Below are positions 29,266 through 39,263 of a DNA stretch of 64,000 nt, one piece after another. The stretch is taken from assembly GCA_965112635.1 (NCBI GenBank), contig OZ218778.1, positions 1,248,001 through 1,312,000 of the forward strand, written 5' to 3'. Each line of letters begins with the position of its first letter. Within the stretch, counting starts at the first letter, position 1. Source of the DNA: an uncultured bacterium. GTDB taxonomy: Bacteria > Oederibacteriota > Oederibacteriia > Oederibacteriales > Oederibacteriaceae. The notes below the pieces were generated by a model that was given only the letters and a program-made list of their open reading frames with translations, was not told the DNA's origin and did no database searches. A program made the translations under genes and the position numbers.

Positions 29266-30093
29266 ATGAGGATTTTTCGGCCATCCCACAACCGTTTGGA
29301 ACGGACCTTGCACACCTTAAAACAGCAGGCGAGGAAGTCTTTTGTGCCTTATGTGACCGCGGGCCATCCTGACGCGGCCAGCACCAAAAAAATCGTGCTG
29401 GCTTTGGAGCAGGCAGGCGCGGACGCGGTGGAGCTGGGCATTCCTTTTTCAGACCCCATGGCGGACGGCAAGACCATCCAGGCCTCTTCCCAAAAGGCTT
29501 TGGCAGGCGGTATGACCCTGGCCAAGGCCCTTAAACTCGTCAGGGAACTGAGGAAAAAGACCCAAATACCCCTTGTTTTTATGACCTATTACAACGTGGT
29601 TTACCAGTTCGGCTTAAAGGCTTTTTGCCGGCAGGCGGCTAAAGCCGGGGTGGACGGGGTCATTGTGCCTGACCTGCCGGTGGAGGAGTCCGGGCCCCTG
29701 GGTCAGGAGTGCAACCGCAATAAATTGTGCCTCGTATTCCTGCTGGCTCCCACGAGTTCCAAAGAGCGGATGAAACTGATCACCCACAAGAGCCGGGGGT
29801 TTGTCTACTATGTTTCCCTGACGGGCATCACCGGTGTGCGCAAGGCCCTGCCTAAAGACCTCAGGGATAAAATAAAACTGCTGGATAAACTCACGGCCAA
29901 GCCCGTGCTGGTGGGGTTCGGCATTGCCGAGCCGGCACAGGCCCGGCAGGTGGCCCAGTTCGCCGACGGGGTCATCGTGGGAAGCGCCCTGGTCAGCCTC
30001 ATTGACCAGCACGCCGGAAAAGCCAGCCTGATCCCGGCCGTTAAAAGATTCAGCGCCAGCCTGGCCCGCGCCGTTCATTCAGCCGACCGGTAA
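29266..30093 (+). CDS. trpA: Tryptophan synthase alpha chain
   Basis: ELGIPFSDPMADG, MTYYN, PDLP, GITG, VGFGI and DGVIVGSA. Confidence 0.97.
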   Translation: MRIFRPSHNRLERTLHTLKQQARKSFVPYVTAGHPDAASTKKIVLALEQAGADAVELGIPFSDPMADGKTIQASSQKALAGGMTLAKALKLVRELRKKTQIPLVFMTYYNVVYQFGLKAFCRQAAKAGVDGVIVPDLPVEESGPLGQECNRNKLCLVFLLAPTSSKERMKLITHKSRGFVYYVSLTGITGVRKALPKDLRDKIKLLDKLTAKPVLVGFGIAEPAQARQVAQFADGVIVGSALVSLIDQHAGKASLIPAVKRFSASLARAVHSADR

Positions 30094-30111
30094 GAGAATA
30101 GGAAAACCTTT

Positions 30112-31842
30112 ATGCTCAGAGAGTTACATGTCAAAGATTTCGCCCTCATCGACAAGCTGGACCTCGAGTGGGACCAGGGTTTCACGGTCCTGACCGGAGA
30201 GACCGGAGCCGGCAAGTCCATCCTGCTGGGAGCCGTGGGGCTGGCTTTGGGCGACCGGGCCTCCCTGGAGGACATTCGCACTGGGTGCGAAGCAGCCGTG
30301 GTTACGGCCCTGTTCGACATCAGGGAACAGGAATGGCTCAAGGACAAGCTAAGAGCCATGGACCTGGACCCGGCCAGCGGCGAGCTGCTGCTCAAAAGGG
30401 AAATCCAGAGGAACGGACGCAGCCGGTGCTGGATCAACGGCGAAACCGTGACACAGAACATGCTCCAGGCCGTGGGCGAGCACCTCGTGGACATGCACGG
30501 TCAGCACGAGCACCAGTCTTTGCTGGACCTGGCGACCCAGAGGACCCTGCTGGACCAGTTCGCCAAGGCCGGCGACAGGGCGGCCAAGGTGGCCAAAGCT
30601 TACGGGGAATATCTGGATATCCAGCGGACCCGGCAAGCCCTGGTGGGCGACCCCAGCTTGAGAGCCCAAAAAATAGACCTCCTGCAATTCCAGGTGCAGG
30701 AACTCACTGAAGCCCGCCTTAAACCCAAAGAAGACGAGACCCTGCACAACGAGTACACTCTGCTCAGCCAGGCCGACAAGCTTTTCAGCGCCAGCCAGAA
30801 TGCCTACCAAAAAATAGAGGAAGGCCCGGCCGGAAGCGCGGTGGCCGCTGAATTGTTGGGTGAAGCCATCGCCAGCCTGGATGAGGCGGCCAAGCTGGAT
30901 GTCGCGCTTTTGCCCTATCTAAAAGACGCCAAATCATTACAGGAACAGACGCAGGAGCTGGGGCTCAAACTCAGGCAATATGCCGAAAACATAGAGTTTA
31001 ACCCTGAAAAACTGGCTGAAATCTCCAGCCGCCTGGACCTGATCAACCGGCTCAAGAAAAAATACGGGCCAAGTTTAGAACAGGCCATGGAGTTCAAGGA
31101 AAGAGCCAGCAAAGAGCTGGATATGCTCTCCGGGAGCGAGGAAAAACTGAAGGAATTGGCTGAGCAGGAAAAGAAAGTCCTGAAAGTTTTAGGTCAGGAA
31201 GCTCAGGCTTTGTCGCAGGCCCGCAAAAAAGGCGGGCAGGAACTCAGGACGAGAATACAAAAAGAGCTGGCTGAGCTGGCCATGCCGGGAGTCAGGTTTG
31301 AGGTCAAATGCGAGTGGCAGGAAGACCCCAACGGCATCCTGGAAATACAGGGAAATAAATATGTGTGCGACGCTAACGGTTTAGATCAGGTGGAGTTTTT
31401 AATAGCTCCCAATGCCGGGGAAGAATTGAAACCCCTAATCAAGATAGCTTCAGGTGGAGAAATATCACGGGTCATGCTGGCCATGAAAGCCATCCTGGCG
31501 CCTCTGGATCAGGTAGCCACCATGATCTTTGATGAGGTGGATACGGGCATCGGAGGCAGGGTGGCCGAGGTGGTGGGCAAAAAGATCGCTGAGGTGGCTC
31601 GGAGCCGCCAGGTCATCTGTATCACCCATTTGCCCCAGATCGCCAGCCTGGGACAGACCCACTTTTTTGTATCCAAGGAAACTGTAGCGGGCCGCACAGC
31701 CACACGCGTGGAACTGCTCTCTGAACCGGAGCGCGTCAAGGAAATCGCCCGCATGCTCGGCGGCGAAAAAATAACCGACACCGCCCTGCAGCATGCCAAA
31801 GAGATGATGGGCAAGAGCACGACAAGCAAGGGGATTGCTTGA
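30112..31842 (+). CDS. recN: DNA repair protein RecN
   Basis: TGETGAGKS, HGQHEHQ, coiled coil, ASGGE, FDEVDTG, ITHLPQ and EIARMLGG. Confidence 0.96.
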   Translation: MLRELHVKDFALIDKLDLEWDQGFTVLTGETGAGKSILLGAVGLALGDRASLEDIRTGCEAAVVTALFDIREQEWLKDKLRAMDLDPASGELLLKREIQRNGRSRCWINGETVTQNMLQAVGEHLVDMHGQHEHQSLLDLATQRTLLDQFAKAGDRAAKVAKAYGEYLDIQRTRQALVGDPSLRAQKIDLLQFQVQELTEARLKPKEDETLHNEYTLLSQADKLFSASQNAYQKIEEGPAGSAVAAELLGEAIASLDEAAKLDVALLPYLKDAKSLQEQTQELGLKLRQYAENIEFNPEKLAEISSRLDLINRLKKKYGPSLEQAMEFKERASKELDMLSGSEEKLKELAEQEKKVLKVLGQEAQALSQARKKGGQELRTRIQKELAELAMPGVRFEVKCEWQEDPNGILEIQGNKYVCDANGLDQVEFLIAPNAGEELKPLIKIASGGEISRVMLAMKAILAPLDQVATMIFDEVDTGIGGRVAEVVGKKIAEVARSRQVICITHLPQIASLGQTHFFVSKETVAGRTATRVELLSEPERVKEIARMLGGEKITDTALQHAKEMMGKSTTSKGIA

Positions 31843-32444
31843 TGGATAAAAAGGGCAAAGAGGCTATCCAAACCTTTCAAGTAAAAAATCTAGGGATTGT
31901 TCTTGGATTAATATTTCCGTGTTTGACTGGCTATGGATTTTTTATAGATTTTAGAGATAAATATTTTTTAGTTCAGTCTTCATTTCAAAGTGGAACATTA
32001 ATCGATATCCTTTGGCCTGTGGGTGGTAGCATCATTTGGAGTCTTTTTTGGTTACTATTTTGTTTAATAACGGAATGGTTTCTCCTAAGTCTAATTTTGT
32101 TAAATATTGAAGTTACACGCTCTGAATTGAGATTTACTTCTTCTCTCCCGGTTTTTCCGAACATAATTATGTTTCGTCATAAAAGGTCTTTTAATGCCCG
32201 ATATCTTTCTGTTTCCTGGAGTAAAATTCGTGAAATAAACTATGATAAACTTCCATTATTTTTTAGATGGCATCCAATTTTAAGGATTCATTACGGGTTT
32301 AGAATTCCCATTGCAGTTTATTTGCCTGAGGTTTTTTATCCCTTAAGAAATCTTTTTTCTGCAATTAATCTTCATGTCCCTCTGCACAAATTTAACAAAG
32401 GTGCGCAAAAGTTTTTTGTGAAACTGAAAAATAGGAGAGGTTAG
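31839..32444 (+). CDS. Hypothetical membrane protein, AT-rich
   Basis: Two hydrophobic segments; abuts both neighbouring genes; visibly much lower GC than the flanks. Confidence 0.6.
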   Translation: MMDKKGKEAIQTFQVKNLGIVLGLIFPCLTGYGFFIDFRDKYFLVQSSFQSGTLIDILWPVGGSIIWSLFWLLFCLITEWFLLSLILLNIEVTRSELRFTSSLPVFPNIIMFRHKRSFNARYLSVSWSKIREINYDKLPLFFRWHPILRIHYGFRIPIAVYLPEVFYPLRNLFSAINLHVPLHKFNKGAQKFFVKLKNRRG

Positions 32445-32448
32445 GTAA

Positions 32449-33312
32449 TTGGAACCAGATTTAAGGACTGTTGACCTGCATGTGCATACCTACTTCTCTG
32501 ACGGGACGTTTTCACCGGAAGAGGTCGTAAGCCACGCCCTAAGCATCGGTTTATCAGCCATTGCCATCACGGATCATGACTGCGTGGACGGCATCAAGCG
32601 GGCCCAAGAGGCCGCAAAAGGAACAGGTTTAGAGGTCATAGCCGGAGCAGAGCTTTCCGCGGATAAAGACGGGCGCGAGGTGCATGTGCTAGGTTACTTC
32701 AATGAGAAATTAACTCCTGAATTTGAGGGACAGCTCATTAGCTGGCGCAAAAAAAGGATAGAGCGGGCCAAGGAGATCATAGCCAAATTAAACCATCTAG
32801 GTTTACCGCTCACCTTTGAGCAGGTCCGGGCCGTGGCGGAACGGGGCATGACCGGAGAAAAATCCATACATAAACTGGTGGGCCGGCTGCATATTGCCAT
32901 AGCCCTGGCTGAAGCAGGCTTGGTCGCAGAAAAAGAAGAAGCATTTAGGAAGTATATCGGGGACGGCAAAAAAGCCTATGTGGCCAAGGCGGTCCTGACG
33001 CCGGAGCAGGCCATTGACGCCATTCATAATAGCAGCGGGGTGGCGGTGCTAGCGCATCCGGGCATCATGCAAATGGACGAATGGATAAGTGAATGGGTAC
33101 CGCAGGGACTGGACGGACTGGAATGCTATCACACCAACCAGTCGCCCGCAGTGTCCGAGCATTATTGCCAAATGGCCCGGCGTTATGACCTCCTCATCAC
33201 CGGCGGGTCGGACTGCCACGGCCTGGGCAAGCCCCGTGTTTTGATGGGTGAGGTCAAGATGCCCTATGCAACTTTGGAAGAACTCAAAAACAGACTGGCC
33301 CAAAAACAATAG
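32449..33312 (+). CDS. PHP-domain phosphoesterase (TrpH/YciV-like)
   Basis: DLHVHTYFSDG, ITDHD, GRLHIA, LAHPG and GGSDCHG. Confidence 0.9.
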   Translation: MEPDLRTVDLHVHTYFSDGTFSPEEVVSHALSIGLSAIAITDHDCVDGIKRAQEAAKGTGLEVIAGAELSADKDGREVHVLGYFNEKLTPEFEGQLISWRKKRIERAKEIIAKLNHLGLPLTFEQVRAVAERGMTGEKSIHKLVGRLHIAIALAEAGLVAEKEEAFRKYIGDGKKAYVAKAVLTPEQAIDAIHNSSGVAVLAHPGIMQMDEWISEWVPQGLDGLECYHTNQSPAVSEHYCQMARRYDLLITGGSDCHGLGKPRVLMGEVKMPYATLEELKNRLAQKQ

Positions 33313-33381
33313 TTTGGTCTGGATAAGTTTTGAAAACAGGCTAAAATTAAGGGCAATATACCTAGGCGGGAGGAACAAACA

Positions 33382-33816
33382 GTGAAAAAAATACTGGTCA
33401 TTCACGGTCCCAACCTGAACCTTTTAGGTAAAAGGGAAAAGAACATTTACGGCAAGACCACTTTGGGCGAGATCAACAAAAAACTCCTGGCCCTGGCCAA
33501 AGAACTCAAGCTGGAGCTTAAAATCGTGCAAAGCAACAACGAGGGGAGCATCGTGGAGGCCATCCACCAGTCCCTGGGATGGGCCCAGGGCATCCTCATC
33601 AACCCGGCCGCTTATACCCACACCAGCCTGGCCATCCGCGAGGCCATTAGCGGAGTGGATATCCCGGCCGTGGAAGTGCACCTATCCAACATCTATTCCC
33701 GCGAAGAGTTCCGCCATCATTCCTTTGTGGCGCCAGTGGCCAAAGGCCAGATAGCCGGTTTCGGGGTCAACAGCTATTTGCTGGGATTACGGGCTCTGGC
33801 CGGCCTGAAAAAGTAG
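33382..33816 (+). CDS. aroQ: Type II 3-dehydroquinate dehydratase
   Basis: [25 protein letters not shown] and [15 protein letters not shown]. Confidence 0.97.
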   Translation: MKKILVIHGPNLNLLGKREKNIYGKTTLGEINKKLLALAKELKLELKIVQSNNEGSIVEAIHQSLGWAQGILINPAAYTHTSLAIREAISGVDIPAVEVHLSNIYSREEFRHHSFVAPVAKGQIAGFGVNSYLLGLRALAGLKK

Positions 33817-33839
33817 TTTGAGCACCGCGGAGGTGTCGC

Positions 33840-35753
33840 GTGGGACTGCGTAAGCTCCTCAATCCTCATAAGCTCTGGGCCTCGGCCCTGGGCCTCCTGC
33901 TCGTGGCCAATACCGTGTGGACCGCCAAGCGCTATCCCTGGATGCTGCCATTGTCCCTGCTGTTACTGGTCTGGCTGTCCGGGTTGTGGATGCTTTTTAA
34001 AAAACGGGGGGCAGGCGTTTACCTGCCCAAGTTCCTCCTGCCCCTGGGCCTTTTCTTTATTTATTCCAGCGTGTCGTTCGTCACTTCCACCGCGCCGTTG
34101 ACCAGCGTGGACGAGTTCATGCTCCTGTGCGGGGCGTTTTTGGCCATGCTCTTTGCCAGCGAGACCCTGCATGACCAGGACAGCCAGGACGCGTTCCTTT
34201 TTTTCACGGGCCTGTGCCTGCTGGTCGTCAGCCTCCACGGACTGGTCCAGCATTTCCTCACCCTGCCGCAGAACTACCAGAGGATCATCGCCGGAGAACA
34301 GAACAACCCCGCCTTGGTGGAGTTCGGGGCGTATTTCCATTCAGGCAGGGCCTACTCCTTTTTTGTCTACCCCAACGCGCTGGCCAGCTTCCTCATCCTG
34401 TGCCTGCCGCCCTGGGTGGCGTGGCAGTGGAGCAGGGGCCATCAGGGGATACTCGGCAAGACCCACAAGTTCATGAGCGTCCTGATGCTGGTTTTGGGGG
34501 GGGCGTGCCTCATTTTCACCTATTCCATCGGCGGCTGGTTCTCGCTTTTGCTGGCCGTGTTCCTGGTGATCTACCTGGAGGGCCATTTCAAAGGCAAGAA
34601 TATCTGGGCATTGGCCGGATTGATCGTGGTGGTGCTGGCTTTCCTGCTGGCCGCCCGGGGATGGCAGAGCTGGCGGGACGCTTCGGTCGGGCTGAGGCTG
34701 GAGAACTGGAAGTCCATCATGAACATCGTGTTCGATTCGCCGGCCTGGGGCAAGGGCCTGGGCAGCTTTGCCAGGGAATACATGCGGGTCAAAAGTTTCA
34801 GCGCCACGGAAATGCAATACGCCCACAACACCTACCTGCACTGGTTCGCGGAGCTGGGGCTTATCGGGTTCGTCCTGTTCTTCTGGTTCCTCTACGCCTG
34901 GTTCCAGTTCGCCAAGCAGCGCTTTGACCAGGGTAAATTGACCCTGGCCCAAAAGGCATTGTTTATGAGCCTGATAGCCTTTTGGATCCACGCCGGGATA
35001 GACCTCAACGCCCAGCTGTGGGAAATGTGTCTGCCGGCATGGCTTTTCATGGGCATGTTCACCTCGGACCCGACGGCGGAGCGTGTTTCCTCCCGTTTGC
35101 CGGGGTGGCTCAGGGCCGTCGTCATCCTGCTGGTGATGCTGGGAGCCCTGCCTTTGCTGGGCCTGCCGTTCCTCAACCAGTGGCACCGGGCCAAGGGCAT
35201 GGAGCTGGCCCTGGATAACGACCTGGAAGCGGCCCAGGCCGAACTCAACCAGGCCGTGCGGTTCGACCCCTGGGATGTCCGGACCCATGACGACCTGGCC
35301 GGGGTCAATTTCAAGCTGTGGCAGGACCGGGGCAAGGAAGAATATTACGCCGTGGCCGAGGCCAACCTCAATGAGGCTGTCAGCAGCGACCCGGAGAACG
35401 CCTATTACCACGAGCACCTGGCCATGCTGCTGCTCTCCCGCAAGGAACCGGAAAAAGCCTACGGGGAAATGGCCCTGGCTTTGCAATACAATCCTACGGG
35501 CCTGGACTATTGGCAGCAGTCCGCGGACACAGCCTACAAGCTGGCCTACATCGACCGGATGAACGACCTTATCGACAGCGCGGCCAAGTACGACAGCATC
35601 CAACCGTTGGTGACTGTCGGCGACGTGTTCTATAAAGAAGGGGGCAAGGACCTCGCTGTCAAAGCCTGGCAGAAGGCCCTGGAAAAATCTCCCAACGACC
35701 CTCTGGTTTTGCAGAGACTCCAACTGGCCCAACAGCCGGAGGGGAAGAAGTAG
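33840..35753 (+). CDS. O-antigen-ligase-like (Wzy_C) membrane protein with C-terminal TPR repeats
   Basis: Multi-TM protein with YPNALA, R..NW, GKGLGSF and AHNTYLHWFAELG; TPR-like tail. Confidence 0.8.
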   Translation: MGLRKLLNPHKLWASALGLLLVANTVWTAKRYPWMLPLSLLLLVWLSGLWMLFKKRGAGVYLPKFLLPLGLFFIYSSVSFVTSTAPLTSVDEFMLLCGAFLAMLFASETLHDQDSQDAFLFFTGLCLLVVSLHGLVQHFLTLPQNYQRIIAGEQNNPALVEFGAYFHSGRAYSFFVYPNALASFLILCLPPWVAWQWSRGHQGILGKTHKFMSVLMLVLGGACLIFTYSIGGWFSLLLAVFLVIYLEGHFKGKNIWALAGLIVVVLAFLLAARGWQSWRDASVGLRLENWKSIMNIVFDSPAWGKGLGSFAREYMRVKSFSATEMQYAHNTYLHWFAELGLIGFVLFFWFLYAWFQFAKQRFDQGKLTLAQKALFMSLIAFWIHAGIDLNAQLWEMCLPAWLFMGMFTSDPTAERVSSRLPGWLRAVVILLVMLGALPLLGLPFLNQWHRAKGMELALDNDLEAAQAELNQAVRFDPWDVRTHDDLAGVNFKLWQDRGKEEYYAVAEANLNEAVSSDPENAYYHEHLAMLLLSRKEPEKAYGEMALALQYNPTGLDYWQQSADTAYKLAYIDRMNDLIDSAAKYDSIQPLVTVGDVFYKEGGKDLAVKAWQKALEKSPNDPLVLQRLQLAQQPEGKK

Positions 35754-35821
35754 AACGGCTCTTCCGCTGTCCCCGCATTAATTCCTCCCAAGCCGGGGAA
35801 GTTAAGATATAATCTACTCCT

Positions 35822-37225
35822 ATGAAAAAGACTTTTTGCCTCCTTATCTGCCTGGGCCTGATGGCCGCAGGCTCCGCCTATGGCGACATCAAAGAAGGCC
35901 TGGTCCTCAAGCTCAAAAAGACCGTGGTCAATGTGGAAAAGCTGGTCACGGTCGGGCTTAATTCCGAATATGCCGGCCAGTTCAGGGCTTCGGGGTTCAT
36001 CGTGGACGCCAAGCAGGGCCTTATCGCCACCAACCGCCATGTGACCGGCACCAGCCCCAGCATCGTCAAGATCACCTTTGAGAACGGGAGTTCCACGGAA
36101 GCGAACCTCGTGTATTACGACGCCTGGCACGATTTCGGCATCTACAAGGTGGACCCGGCCAAGGTGGAGATGAAAATAGAGGCCGTGGAGCTGGGCAGCT
36201 CCTTCGGCCTCAAAGAGCAGGACGACGTTTTTATGATAGGCAACAATGACGGCGAGGAGTATTCGGTCAAGTTCGGCAAGATCTCCAACCTTTACCTCAA
36301 CAAAGGGGCCCGGCATTCAGCCACCCTGCAGACCACCTTTGACCGGGCGGGCGGTTCCAGCGGCAGCCCGGTCTTTAACGCCGACGGCAAGGCCGTGGCC
36401 ATCCATTTCGCGGGCACGGAAACCACCAGTTTTGAGATGCGCATCGAATACCTCAGGGACGCCCTGAGCCAGCTTAAGAAGGCCGGCAAGGTCAGACGGG
36501 GAGACGTCGGGCTCCAGGCGGACCTGATCCTGGTCTCGGACGCGCAAAAGCATTTCCACCTGGACGAGGCCACGGCCAAGAAGGTCAAGGCCCTGCGCCA
36601 GGACCTCAAGCAGATGGTCGCGGTCAGGTCCCGCGTGCCCCGCACCCCGGCTTTTTCCAAGCTTTTGCCGGGAGACCTCATCCTGACCGTGGACGGCATC
36701 TGGGTGGGGGACAACCTCTATCTCATGGACAAGCTGGTGGACGCCAAAGTCGGGGGAACCGTGACCCTGGGAATGGTCAGGAACGGCAACCCGTTCAAGG
36801 CCAAACTCGAGGTCAGCGACGCGGAGTCCCTCAAGATACAAAAATTCGTGCAGTGGGCCGGAGGCGTCCTGCAGGACCCCACCCCGGAGCTCAGGCTGAA
36901 CGACTGCATCGAGACCGAGGGCGTTTTCCTGACCCAGTGCGATAACGGTTCTTCCCTGACCTCTTTGGGATATCCTTTGGAAGGCGAGCGCTATATGGTG
37001 ATGATCGAGGGCGTCAACGGCGCACCAACCCCCAACCTGAAAACCTTTGTCCACGCGGTCAAGGACATCAAGGACCTGGACCATATCTACCTCATCGTGC
37101 GGGACAAGAACGCCCATAACTCCAACATCAAAGCTGTTCCCATCATCCTGAGCCTCAAATTCTTTCCCCTCAAGGTGAACGAGTGGTCTTCCAAAGCCAT
37201 GGACTGGGTAGAGGTCAAAGAGTAG
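35822..37225 (+). CDS. Exported trypsin-like (HtrA family) serine protease with PDZ domain(s)
   Basis: Catalytic triad in TNRHV, HDFG and GGSSGSPV; LLPGDLILTVDG PDZ signature; signal peptide. Confidence 0.88.
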   Translation: MKKTFCLLICLGLMAAGSAYGDIKEGLVLKLKKTVVNVEKLVTVGLNSEYAGQFRASGFIVDAKQGLIATNRHVTGTSPSIVKITFENGSSTEANLVYYDAWHDFGIYKVDPAKVEMKIEAVELGSSFGLKEQDDVFMIGNNDGEEYSVKFGKISNLYLNKGARHSATLQTTFDRAGGSSGSPVFNADGKAVAIHFAGTETTSFEMRIEYLRDALSQLKKAGKVRRGDVGLQADLILVSDAQKHFHLDEATAKKVKALRQDLKQMVAVRSRVPRTPAFSKLLPGDLILTVDGIWVGDNLYLMDKLVDAKVGGTVTLGMVRNGNPFKAKLEVSDAESLKIQKFVQWAGGVLQDPTPELRLNDCIETEGVFLTQCDNGSSLTSLGYPLEGERYMVMIEGVNGAPTPNLKTFVHAVKDIKDLDHIYLIVRDKNAHNSNIKAVPIILSLKFFPLKVNEWSSKAMDWVEVKE

Positions 37226-37238
37226 CGGGAGGCCAAAA

Positions 37239-39176
37239 TTGGCGGCCGTGAACATCCAAACGATGGTTTTTTCCCTCTATGTGTACGCCCTGATCTTTTT
37301 GCTCCCCATCTTTAACGGCGGGAAGGGACTGGGCATCCGGGTTTTCCTGGAAATTGGAACCTTCATTTTTGCGGCCCTGTTCCTGGCGCTGGGCCGCCGG
37401 AGAACCCAAACCAGGCCGGTCCAAGGCGTGATCTACAGCGCGATCCTGTTCTTGGTTTGGTCGGTTTTGGGCAGCCTGGTCCACCATACCTTTTTCCACG
37501 CATTTCCCTCCGTGATGACCGTGCTGGCCTATGTTGCCCTGTTTATCCTTTGCCAGAACATGCCTTTATGGCCCCAAAGCAAGAGGGAACCGCTCCTGTG
37601 GTTCTTTTGTTTTTTGGGTGCGGCTACTGTCCTTTATGGGTTCTATCAATTGTGGACCGGGCACGCGGCTGTGTATATCGCCGGGGCCATGCCTTTTAGC
37701 AGGATAGCCTCCACTTTTCCCAATCCCAATCTCTACGGCGGATACCTCCTGATCCCTTTTGCCTGCGCCATGGCTCTGTTCCTGGAAAACCTTGGTAAAA
37801 AGAAGTGGGGCAATTCCTTTTACGCGCTCATTATTATTCTCGTTTGCCTCTGCGCGGGATTTATTGTTTCCAATTCCCGCGGAGCGCTCCTGGGGCTGGT
37901 TTTTATGGGAATTTGGTTCGTGTTCCGGAGAGGAACAAAGGAAAGCCCTGAACAACACAAAAAAAAGCTGAGGCTTTTCCTTTACACGGGGCTGGCAGTG
38001 CTGGCCTTGCTCGTCATTGTCCCCAACCCCCTGATGACACGCCTCGTCAACTTAAAGGCGGGTGTGGACACTTTGTCCGGCCTGCGCCCAAACATTTGGA
38101 AACAAACTTTTCTCCTGGCCTGCGAGCATCCCCTGGTAGGATGCGGCTGGGGCAGCTACCAGGAGGCGATGTATTGCCACGCGGTGCCGTTGGAAACGGC
38201 GGTGGGACGCTATGGCCGCTTTGCCAATTTCGCCCACGATGAATTTCTGCAGGTGACAGGGGAGAGCGGTTTTCCCGCTTTGGTCTTTTTCCTCGTTCTA
38301 TTATTTTTTGTTTACCGGGCCCTGTGGCAGGGGCCTCTGAGCAGTACTGCTCTGGCAGGCCGGGCGGTCCTTATCGGGCTCCTGATCCATAGCCTGGTCG
38401 ATTTTAACCTGCACCCTCCGGCCATCGTGGTCAGCGCCATTGTCCTGATTTCGGCCCAGACCAGGAAAGACGGGAAAAGCCCCAGCCCTGCCGCTAAACC
38501 GTGGGGCGGGGTTTTTAGGGTAATCCTGATCCTTGGTTTGGCACTTGGCATCCTTTTCATCTGCTTGCATGCAGTGGGAACCTTTTATGCGTCCCGGGCC
38601 CGGCTTGACCAGGATGTCCATTCTTCAACCCTGAAGTACCAAGCAGCGCTGCATTGGTTCGATGGGGAGAGCCAGTGGCAAGACGAATTGGGCCTTAAAT
38701 ATTTACAAGACAGCTCTTTAGGCGACCAAGCGAAGGCCATCCTCAGCGAAGAATGTTTTAACAAGGCCGTTGCGCTCTATCCGGCAGACCCGTTCCCGCA
38801 CCAGCACCTGGCCAGGCTTTATGATCATGAAAGGGGCATGGCGAACCTGGAGACCCTCTCGATCTATGAGTACAGGCAGGCCATAAACCTGGCCCCTTAC
38901 TCTCCCTTCCCCAGGTTTGAGTTGGGGTCCATCTTTTTTAATCAGAAGAAATACACGGAAGCGAGGAAAGAGTGGCTGGCCGCTGTCGAGGTCGAACCGA
39001 ATTACGCGGCCGCTGTTTTTGGCGTGGGACTGACCTACCAAAAACAAGGCCAGAAAATTCTAGCCCGCTCCTGGTTCGCCAAGTTGGACCGGATCAAAAA
39101 AATCCCTGTCACGGGCCAAACCACGGATTATGAAAAGCAGCTCATTTTTATTCCGGACAAACTGTCCTTTCAGTGA
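37239..39176 (+). CDS. O-antigen-ligase-like (Wzy_C/PglL-like) membrane protein with TPR repeats
   Basis: FPNPNLYGGY, SRGALLG, GCGWGSY, AHDEFLQ and HSLVDFNLH; TPR tail. Confidence 0.82.
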   Translation: MAAVNIQTMVFSLYVYALIFLLPIFNGGKGLGIRVFLEIGTFIFAALFLALGRRRTQTRPVQGVIYSAILFLVWSVLGSLVHHTFFHAFPSVMTVLAYVALFILCQNMPLWPQSKREPLLWFFCFLGAATVLYGFYQLWTGHAAVYIAGAMPFSRIASTFPNPNLYGGYLLIPFACAMALFLENLGKKKWGNSFYALIIILVCLCAGFIVSNSRGALLGLVFMGIWFVFRRGTKESPEQHKKKLRLFLYTGLAVLALLVIVPNPLMTRLVNLKAGVDTLSGLRPNIWKQTFLLACEHPLVGCGWGSYQEAMYCHAVPLETAVGRYGRFANFAHDEFLQVTGESGFPALVFFLVLLFFVYRALWQGPLSSTALAGRAVLIGLLIHSLVDFNLHPPAIVVSAIVLISAQTRKDGKSPSPAAKPWGGVFRVILILGLALGILFICLHAVGTFYASRARLDQDVHSSTLKYQAALHWFDGESQWQDELGLKYLQDSSLGDQAKAILSEECFNKAVALYPADPFPHQHLARLYDHERGMANLETLSIYEYRQAINLAPYSPFPRFELGSIFFNQKKYTEARKEWLAAVEVEPNYAAAVFGVGLTYQKQGQKILARSWFAKLDRIKKIPVTGQTTDYEKQLIFIPDKLSFQ

Positions 39177-39263
39177 GGAAAAACCTTACAGCGGTTGCTT
39201 CATGATCCTGCTTTTTACCAGTTAATTTTTCCGCCGTTTACCGGCCTGTGTTAAGATACTCCC

